Positions 32,394-41,265 of a DNA stretch of 64,000 nucleotides are shown piece after piece. Source of the DNA: Nemertoderma westbladi. Taxonomy: Eukaryota > Animalia > Xenacoelomorpha. The DNA is taken from the NCBI GenBank assembly GCA_032718475.1, contig JAUCBJ010002853.1, forward strand, positions 60,724-124,723, in the 5' to 3' direction. The position numbers and the translations under genes were made by a program. The notes beneath the pieces are model-generated. The model saw nothing but the letters and a program-made list of their open reading frames with translations, was not told the DNA's origin and did not search any database. How positions within the stretch are numbered: the first letter of the stretch is position 1; every line of letters starts with the position of its first letter.

Positions 32394-34142
32394 ATGAAAA
32401 GAATTCTGATCAACGCCTTAGACGCCCAAGAGCTTCGCGCGGCCCTTGTTTATGGCGACAAACTCTATGACCTAAACATTGAAACACTTAGTCACGCCCA
32501 AAAAAAAGGCAACATCTATAAAGGCATCGTCACCCAAGTTCAGCCCAGTTTAGACGCTGTTTTTGTCGATTACGGGTCTGACCGACAAGGTTTTTTACCT
32601 TTTAAAGAAATTGCAAAGGAATACTACAACTATACTAAAGACTCCGAAAATCCTGACATCAAAGATACCCCAGAAGTTGGACAATCAATGATTGTTCAAA
32701 TTTCTAAAGAAGAAAGGGGTCGAAAAGGGGCATTGTTGACCACCTTTTTGAGCCTAGCCGGGCCACACATGGTACTAGCTCCATTTAAAGAACGTGAACA
32801 TTCTATTTCAAAAAAAATTAGTGGGCAAGATAGAAATTTACTCAAAGATATCTTAAGTTCTATTAAAATTCCCCAAGAGGGGGGCATTATTGCTAGAACC
32901 TCATCAATTGGTCGATCCATCTCTGAACTTCAATGGAATGTAGATTATTTAACCCATCTATGGAAAACCATCCGAGAAATTAGCAAAACCAAAAACAAAC
33001 CTTTTTTAATTCATCAAGAAGATAGCCTCATTATCTGCACCATACGCGATAACCTTCGAGAAGATATTAACGAGGTTATCATCGATGATGCTGATGCCTT
33101 CAAAGAAGCCAAAAAATTTGTCGAAATGGTATTACCCGCCTTCACAGATCGCATTAAATTCTACAAAGATAAAACCCCTCTTTTCACACGCTTTCAAATT
33201 GAAGAACAAGCTGCCCTGATTTATCAGCGAGCAATCCCCCTCTCATCAGGGGCCTCCATCAGCATTGATGTCACAGAAGCCTTAACGGCCATTGATATTA
33301 ATTCTGCCAAAGCCATGCAAGGGTCAGACATTGAAGAAACCGCCTTTCAAATTAACCTAGAAGCCTGTGAAGAAATTGCACGTCAAAGCCGCTTGCGTGA
33401 TATTGGCGGGCTGATTATTGTTGATTTTATTGACATGAAAAAGGATGAACACAACGCAGAAATTGAAAATGCAATGGCCAAGCACCTCAAAGGGGATCGT
33501 GCCCAAATTCAAATTAGTGAAATCTCATCACAATTTGGTTTACTTACCTTCTCTAGACAGCGCCTAAAACTTTCTATTTTAGAAAAAACCAGCGAAACCT
33601 GCATGCAATGCCAAGGTATTGGGTACATTCGCTCCACTGAATCTAGCGGCACATCAATCCTTCGCCAAATTGAAGAACGCTACCACCAAGGCAAATTTGC
33701 CACCGTCAGTGTCAAAGTGCCCATTGATGTGGCTATATTTTTAACCAATGTTAAAAAAGAACCTGTCCAATCGTTGGAAGATAAATACAACATTCAAATT
33801 ATCATCATTCCTTCCCAAACAATCAAACGCCCACATTACGAACTGTTTTGTTATGACTCAAAAAAACAAATCAAATTTAGCAAACATGCTGCTCAAACGG
33901 ATATAAACCTTCAAAAATACCTCACCAAAACGGCACCTAAACCTAAAAAACCTGCGGTTCAAAATATTGAGCCACAAGCAGCCATTCCAACACCCGGCAT
34001 TTTTGAGCGCATTCGCCTAATGCTCATTAAAAAGAAACATAGCAAACCCCAAAAAGCAGCCTCCTCCACAAAACGCCTAAGACAATCATCAAATAGGTAT
34101 AGTAGCAACCGACAAAGACAAAACAATCGAAACAACAAATAA
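32394..34142 (+). CDS. rne: Ribonuclease E (short C-terminal tail)
   Basis: MKRILINA, S1 domain GFLPFKEI, IDINS, RDIGGLIIVDFIDM, CMQC Zn-link. Confidence 0.92.
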   Translation: MKRILINALDAQELRAALVYGDKLYDLNIETLSHAQKKGNIYKGIVTQVQPSLDAVFVDYGSDRQGFLPFKEIAKEYYNYTKDSENPDIKDTPEVGQSMIVQISKEERGRKGALLTTFLSLAGPHMVLAPFKEREHSISKKISGQDRNLLKDILSSIKIPQEGGIIARTSSIGRSISELQWNVDYLTHLWKTIREISKTKNKPFLIHQEDSLIICTIRDNLREDINEVIIDDADAFKEAKKFVEMVLPAFTDRIKFYKDKTPLFTRFQIEEQAALIYQRAIPLSSGASISIDVTEALTAIDINSAKAMQGSDIEETAFQINLEACEEIARQSRLRDIGGLIIVDFIDMKKDEHNAEIENAMAKHLKGDRAQIQISEISSQFGLLTFSRQRLKLSILEKTSETCMQCQGIGYIRSTESSGTSILRQIEERYHQGKFATVSVKVPIDVAIFLTNVKKEPVQSLEDKYNIQIIIIPSQTIKRPHYELFCYDSKKQIKFSKHAAQTDINLQKYLTKTAPKPKKPAVQNIEPQAAIPTPGIFERIRLMLIKKKHSKPQKAASSTKRLRQSSNRYSSNRQRQNNRNNK

Positions 34143-34152
34143 ACCAACCACC

Positions 34153-34187
34153 TAAACGCGCTTAAACCCACCCCTTAAGCGCGTTTA
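34153..34187. terminator. Hairpin after rne
   Basis: taaacgcgcttaa / ttaagcgcgttta 13-bp perfect inverted repeat; weak U-tract. Confidence 0.65.
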
Positions 34188-34494
34188 CACCCACAATGGG
34201 TCGAAAAAGTACCCGTACCAAACTTTTAGAAACATTCATTCAAGCAGTATTTTTAGCTACTGGATTTTACAAAAAACCAAGCTTTACCTATCAAGAACAG
34301 GTCCGTTGTATTTTAAAAGATAAAAATTAGTATCGAAAAAGAATGGCATGCCATCAATAAACAACCTAAGCCACCTACCATTCTTATTAAGAACTCAGTA
34401 TAAGCATCTATAAAAAGTGGCGGTATTGTTAAAAGCGATAATCTATTTTCTATTGATATCCTTCTATAAAACCAAATCTAACCACTGAGTTAAC

Positions 34495-35002
34495 TTAATC
34501 AAATGCTATCAACACAGTCTCCAAAGCCTCTAAGAAAAGTGTTTTCATATCTGAGAATTGGCGAATAATCATGCCACCATTTTTTTCAATAAAGTACTCG
34601 ACCTGCATGTTGACAATAGCGCCTTCATTATCGGCTGATAATCAAGTATCGCCCCGATAACCTACTATTGGTTTTTTTAAAGCAGCAACGTACCCAATTT
34701 CTGATGCGGTACCACTGTCGACATCTACCCCATCTAAAACTGCAAACAAACCAGTAGCTGATTCAATCGCTTAAGCGTTTTTTGTAGCAAGTTGATCAAA
34801 TTGTTGAATTTCAATGCGCTCTTGAGAAGGTGGCAAATCTTTCGCCTCCTCTAAAAGCGTATTAGGTGTTAAAGTCCATGGATCAAGTACTTGATAGCCC
34901 AAAAAACTCAATACCTGGGATAACTTTACTATTCATAAATAAAGAGCCTATTTCAGAAAAACTCAAAGGCGAGACTATATAAATTTTGACTGCAGCATTC
35001 AT
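34495..35002 (-). pseudogene. Nucleoside 2-deoxyribosyltransferase family, disrupted
   Basis: KIYIVSPLSFSE..VLDPW..AVLDGVDVDSGTASEIGY..KPIVGYRGD; one frameshift near 34915 and two in-frame stops. Confidence 0.8.
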
Positions 35003-35498
35003 GCGTAACCCCTAAATTTAAAAAACTCATTCTTTCTTATGTACTAAAATAATAACATAAATATCAAAATGACTAATATAATTTACCACTAGGCGCCAGA
35101 TTACAGCATCATTAAAACTAGAATTGTATCTACCTAACCTACCTGGCTGGTTTAGTTAAAAACAAATACCCGCTGAGCTTTAAAGACCTAATAGATAAGT
35201 TCAAAAAATATAATAATTTCAAACAAAATAAGTCATTTTGGTTGGTTGAAAAAGCGTTAGAATCAGATGAAAAACTCTCAGGCCAATGGTATTTAGACCC
35301 TAAAAAGAGAGCAGGTAGTCATAAAAAATTTTACAGCCCAAACATCATGCTTCAAAAACTGATCAAAAAAACTTGGCCTCTAGTCTTCGAAATCATTTCT
35401 TCCATCTGATTTGTATCCCAGCTAGGGTGCACTGATGGTTTTTGATTTTCATAGGACTACTCTCTCAAAGTATTATACTGTTACAATCGTGTGGATCG

Positions 35499-35685
35499 CT
35501 ATTCTTTATATTCCGTGTGGGAAGCCGGTTGCTCAATTTTATTTCCGTCTACATCGTATCCTTTTTTCGACGCTAGATAGTTAAATTTGTACATACCTGC
35601 AAAAATAATCATCAAAAAAATAAATCCCATAATTGCTAGAAAAGTTATGAGAATTTTTTGTAATTTTTTGTAATTTTTTGTTCAT
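35499..35685 (-). pseudogene. Small membrane protein out of frame by one 10-bp repeat unit
   Basis: Removing one caaaaaatta unit gives MNKKLQKILITFLAIMGFIFLMIIFAGMYKFNYLASKKGYDVDGNKIEQPASHTEYKE*. Confidence 0.55.
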
Positions 35686-35737
35686 TTTGAATCCAAAATT
35701 ATTAAAATTCTTTAAAATCTTAGCATAAAAATTAGGG

Positions 35738-37366
35738 CTATTGAATAAAAATCGCAATTTGCTGATCAGTAATGCGACTAAGCAATGGCTTAAATTCCAA
35801 AATCAAGTGTTCCTCTAAAAGAACATCAGCATCTATCCAACATAAAGGCTCAATTGATAAAAACTGTTCAGCATCATGGGCAAATGTTGGCAAAATGGGC
35901 TTTAAAAATAACACTAGGTATCGAAAAGTTTGAATGGCTGTATTACAAACCCGATGCACTGTTTCATCAGCACCCGTTGTTTTAACCGCCTGCCAAGGTG
36001 CATACTCTGCAATGTAGCTGTTCACTAAATCTGCTAAATGCATAATGTGTTTAACAGCCTGAGCAAATTCTCGGGCTTGATAAGCTCGAAAAATTTTGGG
36101 TTTTCTTTCGTGAAACGCTTTCAAAATAGAAGGCTCAACATCTGCCGTTACTCGCCCCTCAAAATAGCGATGAACAAACTTAGCACTTCGGCTAGCAATA
36201 TTAACAACTTTACCCACTAAATCTGAATTAAACTTTTGTTTTAGCTCTAAAAAATCAAGGTTTAAATCAGATGTGTTTTTCGTCAGACGAGACGCCAAAA
36301 AATAGCGAAGTGATTCAGGCGGTAAATGCTTAATATAATCATCAGCCTCAATAAACGTACCCCTTGACTTAGACATCTTCTGTCCACCCACATTCAAAAA
36401 CCCATGCACAAACAAATTATCAGGCAGCTTTAAACCCGCACAATGAAGTATAGCAGGCCAAAAAAGCCCATGAAAATACATAATGTCCTTGCCAATAAAG
36501 TGATACAACTGGCAGGGATTTCGGCCGCCTAAATAATCCTCAACTACCATACTTTGGGCTTGGCACAATTTTTCAAGCGCTGCAAAATACCCAAGCGGCG
36601 CATCCAGCCACACGTAAAAATATTGATCCTGCGTATCGGGCACCAAAAAACCAAAATAGGGCGCATCGCGACTAATATCCCAATCGCGCAAGGTCGTTGT
36701 AAACCATTCTTTTAATTTATGGAAAACGGCATTCTCTAACCCTAAATTCGCCAAATAATTCTCTAACCAACTTTGGGATTTGGAAAGCGCGAAAAACTGA
36801 TGCGTGGTATCACGTTTTTCAGGTACTGCCCCTGAAATTGAAGAAACAGGGTTTAGTAAATCATCTGAGCCATAAACCGCTCCGCATTTTTCACACCCAT
36901 CGCCATATTGCTCAAGCGCCCCACATTTTGGGCACATACCTTTCACGTAACGATCCGGCAAAAACATTTTTTTGATGGGATCATAAAGCTGGCTGATGGT
37001 TTGAGTTTTAATCAATTCCTTTTTTAACAAGGTTTCATATACCCGATACACCCATTTTTTATTCTCTTTCGAATGGGTGCTGTGATAAATGTCATGATCA
37101 ATTAAAAAAAGCTTAAAAGAATGAATATGAGCTTGTTGAATATCAAAAATCATCTGCTCAACTGGCTGATTTAACTGCTGTGCCTTTAGCATGACAGGTG
37201 TGCCGTGCGCATCATCCGCGCACAATAAAAAACAAGACTGACCCTGCATCTTTTGAAAGCGCACCCAAATATCGGCCTGTATGTGTTCTAACAAATGCCC
37301 TAAATGAATGGGTCCATTGGCATAAGGCAAGGCGCAAGTTACAAAAATAGGGGAATCTGAGGCCAT
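35738..37366 (-). CDS. metG: Methionyl-tRNA synthetase (no C-terminal tRNA-binding domain)
   Basis: PYANGPIHLGH, YVWLDA, KMSKS; 542 aa. Confidence 0.97.
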   Translation of the reverse strand: MASDSPIFVTCALPYANGPIHLGHLLEHIQADIWVRFQKMQGQSCFLLCADDAHGTPVMLKAQQLNQPVEQMIFDIQQAHIHSFKLFLIDHDIYHSTHSKENKKWVYRVYETLLKKELIKTQTISQLYDPIKKMFLPDRYVKGMCPKCGALEQYGDGCEKCGAVYGSDDLLNPVSSISGAVPEKRDTTHQFFALSKSQSWLENYLANLGLENAVFHKLKEWFTTTLRDWDISRDAPYFGFLVPDTQDQYFYVWLDAPLGYFAALEKLCQAQSMVVEDYLGGRNPCQLYHFIGKDIMYFHGLFWPAILHCAGLKLPDNLFVHGFLNVGGQKMSKSRGTFIEADDYIKHLPPESLRYFLASRLTKNTSDLNLDFLELKQKFNSDLVGKVVNIASRSAKFVHRYFEGRVTADVEPSILKAFHERKPKIFRAYQAREFAQAVKHIMHLADLVNSYIAEYAPWQAVKTTGADETVHRVCNTAIQTFRYLVLFLKPILPTFAHDAEQFLSIEPLCWIDADVLLEEHLILEFKPLLSRITDQQIAIFIQ

Positions 37367-37433
37367 CTGTTTTTAATCATTTAAAGACTATAATAGTATG
37401 CCATCAACACTGATAATCAAACCAATTTAACCC

Positions 37434-38507
37434 ATGCAAGGTATCACATCCGAAAAAATCACCACTATACTTTCAACCCTTAACATTCCCAACACCCCTT
37501 TTAAGCTAAAGCCTCACTACCTAAAAACATACACCCATAAACAACTTCACATTGAGCTGGCAGGCTTTCTTGGCAAGCACACTGAGTCCTTTGTACAACA
37601 CATCCAAAACACCCTACAAACTCAATTAAAAATCCCCTCTATTGAAATCAAGATAACAACCAAAGTGCAAGCACATGCCACTCAAAACCCCAGCGTCAAA
37701 AACCACCCACAAGTTAAAAATGTGATCGCTGTAGGCTCAGGCAAAGGTGGGGTGGGCAAATCAAGCGTGGCTGTGAATTTAAGCCTTGCCCTTTCAAAAC
37801 TAGGGGCAAATGTTGGGATACTGGATGCCGATATCTATGGCCCCAGCCTGCCTATTTTATTAAATCATCACCAAAAACCTGCTCTAGCAGACAATCAAAA
37901 AATAACCCCCATTGACGCCTACAACCTCCAAAGTAATTCCATCGGTTATTTGATTGACCAATCTCAGCCGGCCATTTGGCGGGGACCTATGGCCACCCAA
38001 GCCCTTAAACAACTTTTTTTCGACACCAACTGGCAAAACCTTGATTATTTAATCATTGACATGCCCCCCGGCACAGGAGACATTCACCTAACCTTAGCAC
38101 AAAGCCTGCCCATTACAGGGACTATTACCGTTTACACCCCTCAAAAATTAGCCAAAGCAGATGCTAAAAAAAGCCTACAAATGCTTCATAAACTCAACAT
38201 TAAAAGTTTGGGGCTGATTGAAAATATGTCGGGTTACATTTGCAACCACTGCCAAAGCAACACCCCTATTTTTACCCCTGATAACCAGATTGACTTGGGC
38301 GAAAAGCCACTAGGTCACATACCTATTGATCCGCTCTTGGCAATCGAAAGTGATGAGGGCACACCCACCGTTTACAAACGTGAAAAAAGCCACACGACCC
38401 ACGCATTCACAAACATTGCTGCCCACCTTAGCCACCTAATAGGTGAATTACCACTTGATAACAGCTTTGGCATGCCAGCGATTAAAATCAACACAGCCAC
38501 TAAATGA
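37434..38507 (+). CDS. apbC: Fe-S cluster carrier ApbC/Mrp
   Basis: SGKGGVGKS, DADIYGPS, DMPPGTGD, CxxC. Confidence 0.93.
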   Translation: MQGITSEKITTILSTLNIPNTPFKLKPHYLKTYTHKQLHIELAGFLGKHTESFVQHIQNTLQTQLKIPSIEIKITTKVQAHATQNPSVKNHPQVKNVIAVGSGKGGVGKSSVAVNLSLALSKLGANVGILDADIYGPSLPILLNHHQKPALADNQKITPIDAYNLQSNSIGYLIDQSQPAIWRGPMATQALKQLFFDTNWQNLDYLIIDMPPGTGDIHLTLAQSLPITGTITVYTPQKLAKADAKKSLQMLHKLNIKSLGLIENMSGYICNHCQSNTPIFTPDNQIDLGEKPLGHIPIDPLLAIESDEGTPTVYKREKSHTTHAFTNIAAHLSHLIGELPLDNSFGMPAIKINTATK

Positions 38508-38567
38508 TGCCCGCCCCTAACAACTTAGATGGTATAATTTCACACCTTTAAAAACCCCTTTTCAAAG

Positions 38568-39131
38568 ATGAGCCTACAACCTGACTGCTGGATAACCCAA
38601 CAAGCCAGAAAAGGTATGATCGAACCTTTTGTGGAAACACAAGTCAGAACCACCAACAAGCAGGGCATTATATCTTATGGTGTTTCAAGCTATGGCTACG
38701 ATGTGCGCTGCGCGGATGAATTTAAAATATTCACCAACATCAACCATTCAACCGTTGACCCCAAACATTTCAACGCCGATAACTTCGTCAGCATTCAAAA
38801 ACAAGAGTGCATCATTCCACCCAACTCCTTTGCCTTAGCCCGCACGGTGGAATATTTTCGCATCCCACGCGATGTGCTGGTGATTTGTTTGGGTAAATCC
38901 ACCTACGCGCGATGCGGCATTATTGTGAATGTCACCCCACTAGAGCCCGAATGGGAAGGCCATGTGACCTTGGAATTTTCAAACACCACACCCCTACCTG
39001 CCAAAATTTATGCCTTTGAGGGCGTGGCACAAATGCTGTTTTTAAAAGCGAGTCAGCCTTGTGATATTTCTTACAAAGACCGCCAAGGTAAATATTTTGG
39101 CCAAACAGGTATTACCTTACCTAAAACGTAA
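38568..39131 (+). CDS. dcd: dCTP deaminase
   Basis: [25 protein letters not shown]. Confidence 0.96.
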   Translation: MSLQPDCWITQQARKGMIEPFVETQVRTTNKQGIISYGVSSYGYDVRCADEFKIFTNINHSTVDPKHFNADNFVSIQKQECIIPPNSFALARTVEYFRIPRDVLVICLGKSTYARCGIIVNVTPLEPEWEGHVTLEFSNTTPLPAKIYAFEGVAQMLFLKASQPCDISYKDRQGKYFGQTGITLPKT

Positions 39132-40498
39132 TGGAAAAAATTGTCACACGCTTTGCCCCCAGCCCTACAGGGTACTTACAACTTGGCAATGTTCGCACTG
39201 CCCTTTACAACTTTTTATATGCCAAAAAACACCACGGCCAATTTATACTGCGTATTGAAGATACCGACCCCAAGCGCTCTAAAAAAGAATACACAGACGC
39301 CATTAAAACCGACCTAAACTGGCTGGGCACACCCTTTGATCAAATTGAAATTCAATCTGAAAACACAACTCAATACGACCCCCTTTATCAAACCTTAATT
39401 GATCAAAAAAAAGCCTATTATTGCAGTTGCTCTGCCCAGCGGCTAGATGAACTTAAACAACAACAAATACAAAAAAAACAACCCCCCCGTTACGATGGTC
39501 ACTGTCAAGGTCAGTTCCAAAAACCTATCACCCCCAGCCTGCTACGCTTTAAAATGCCCAACAAAACCACCCTTGAATTTCGTGACCAAACAGGCAACAT
39601 CACCCAATTTAACACCAAACATTTAGGCGATTTTGTGATCAAACGAGCGGATAACACCCCTGTCTTTTTGTTCAGCAACGCCATCGATGATCACCAAGCA
39701 GGCATCACGCACGTCATTCGAGGCAATGACCATTTAAGCAACACCCCCAAACAACTTTTAATTCTCCAAGCCCTTGGAAAGAACCTACCTTGCTACACAC
39801 ACATCCCATTGGTTTTAAACCTTGATGGCACCCCCCTTTCAAAGCGGCAAAACGATCTGCACCTTCAATCCCTTCGCGTATTGGGTTACACACCACAAGC
39901 GATTCAAAATTATTTAATACGCCTTGGTCATCAAGTAGAAAGTAGCCAACTTTTAACGCTAGATGACATGATCAATACATTTGATTTAAAAAAACTGTCG
40001 CACTCGGCAGCCAAATTTGACAACAAACAACTCCAATTTTGGCAACAACAATACCTACAAACTTTGGATGAAAAAACTTTTATTCACTGGGCAACTTTGT
40101 CTAACATTCAACCCAAAAAACCTTTCGGCCAATGGCTAAGTATTGTGAAAGAAAATATCACCACTTTTTCGGATGTTAAACACTGGCACAACTTGCTATT
40201 TGACCAGCATGCGAGCTTCACGCCCGAACACATCACCACACTTAAAGACGCTGGTGAAGCATTTTTTAAAACCCTACTAAGTGGCCTAGAAAACAACCAA
40301 TACCAAGCAGATAATTTTGAAAGTTTGCTTAATTTTGCCAAACAAAATACGGATAAAAAAGGGAAGCAATTATTTTTGCCTCTTCGTTTGGCGATTACGC
40401 GAAATGCTCATGGGCCAGCGCTTGGCGATATACTCCCCCTATTTGATGCGTTGATGCTAAAAGCACGTTTTGAGGATTGTTTGGCTTTGCTTAGTTGA
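39131..40498 (+). CDS. gltX: Glutamyl-tRNA synthetase family
   Basis: RFAPSPTG, LRIEDTD, RGNDHLSNT, LSKR; HIGH motif reads QLGN. Confidence 0.92.
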   Translation: MEKIVTRFAPSPTGYLQLGNVRTALYNFLYAKKHHGQFILRIEDTDPKRSKKEYTDAIKTDLNWLGTPFDQIEIQSENTTQYDPLYQTLIDQKKAYYCSCSAQRLDELKQQQIQKKQPPRYDGHCQGQFQKPITPSLLRFKMPNKTTLEFRDQTGNITQFNTKHLGDFVIKRADNTPVFLFSNAIDDHQAGITHVIRGNDHLSNTPKQLLILQALGKNLPCYTHIPLVLNLDGTPLSKRQNDLHLQSLRVLGYTPQAIQNYLIRLGHQVESSQLLTLDDMINTFDLKKLSHSAAKFDNKQLQFWQQQYLQTLDEKTFIHWATLSNIQPKKPFGQWLSIVKENITTFSDVKHWHNLLFDQHASFTPEHITTLKDAGEAFFKTLLSGLENNQYQADNFESLLNFAKQNTDKKGKQLFLPLRLAITRNAHGPALGDILPLFDALMLKARFEDCLALLS

Positions 40499-40542
40499 TA
40501 AAATTAGCTTGATCAGCTAAATTTGGATAAGTATCTGCGTAT

Positions 40543-41244
40543 TTAAAACGGGATATCATCAACAAAATTGGGATCAACCTTAAAAAAACCTTGGGTTTCG
40601 GGGTTGCCTTTTAGGATACTCACCATCTCGCTTGCCACCTGATTAGCATCCTTTGTGCCCCGAATAAGTGCCTGAAAATCACCCATAAAACCTTGTGGAT
40701 CTTCATCAAATTTGACCGAAATCCCCACCACGCCTCTTGCCAGCGCAAAGCCTACCTCTTGCTGGCACCACACACTTTGAGAAAAGCCTTTTGTATTGAG
40801 GGAAATAAAAAAATCACAGGTGTGTAATGCTTTTTGTATTTCCTTTTGCCACTCCAAAGAAGGTTTTATATCTTCATGCGCAACAAATCCCTCAATATTG
40901 TGAGCCTTTAAGGTATTTTTTAGATTAATGGCTTTGTCTTTATCCCCACTTAAATGGCTAATAAAAGCTTTAATGTCACTTACTTTTTCCCAGTTTTTGG
41001 GGTATTGATAAGCAGGGTGAGCACTATTGGTTTTTAAATCACTAGCAATTCCTTCAATGATGCAATTATCAACAGGCGCTAAACAATTTTGAACATGTAT
41101 TCTTTTGCTTCCAGAATTGTCTAAGGCGCTTTTAGTCACCTTATACCCTGCTAAAAATATATCAATATCACTAAAGGTATATTCTGCTTGCAATTTCACT
41201 GCTATCTCTTTAATCAGATTGAATCTTTCAGTCCCACTTATCAT
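40543..41244 (-). CDS. TIR-domain protein
   Basis: AFISH box 1, GFVAHEDI, SVWCQQEVG with the conserved Glu; about 80-aa N-terminal domain. Confidence 0.85.
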   Translation of the reverse strand: MISGTERFNLIKEIAVKLQAEYTFSDIDIFLAGYKVTKSALDNSGSKRIHVQNCLAPVDNCIIEGIASDLKTNSAHPAYQYPKNWEKVSDIKAFISHLSGDKDKAINLKNTLKAHNIEGFVAHEDIKPSLEWQKEIQKALHTCDFFISLNTKGFSQSVWCQQEVGFALARGVVGISVKFDEDPQGFMGDFQALIRGTKDANQVASEMVSILKGNPETQGFFKVDPNFVDDIPF

Positions 41245-41265
41245 TAAAATCCCTGCCCCTTAACC

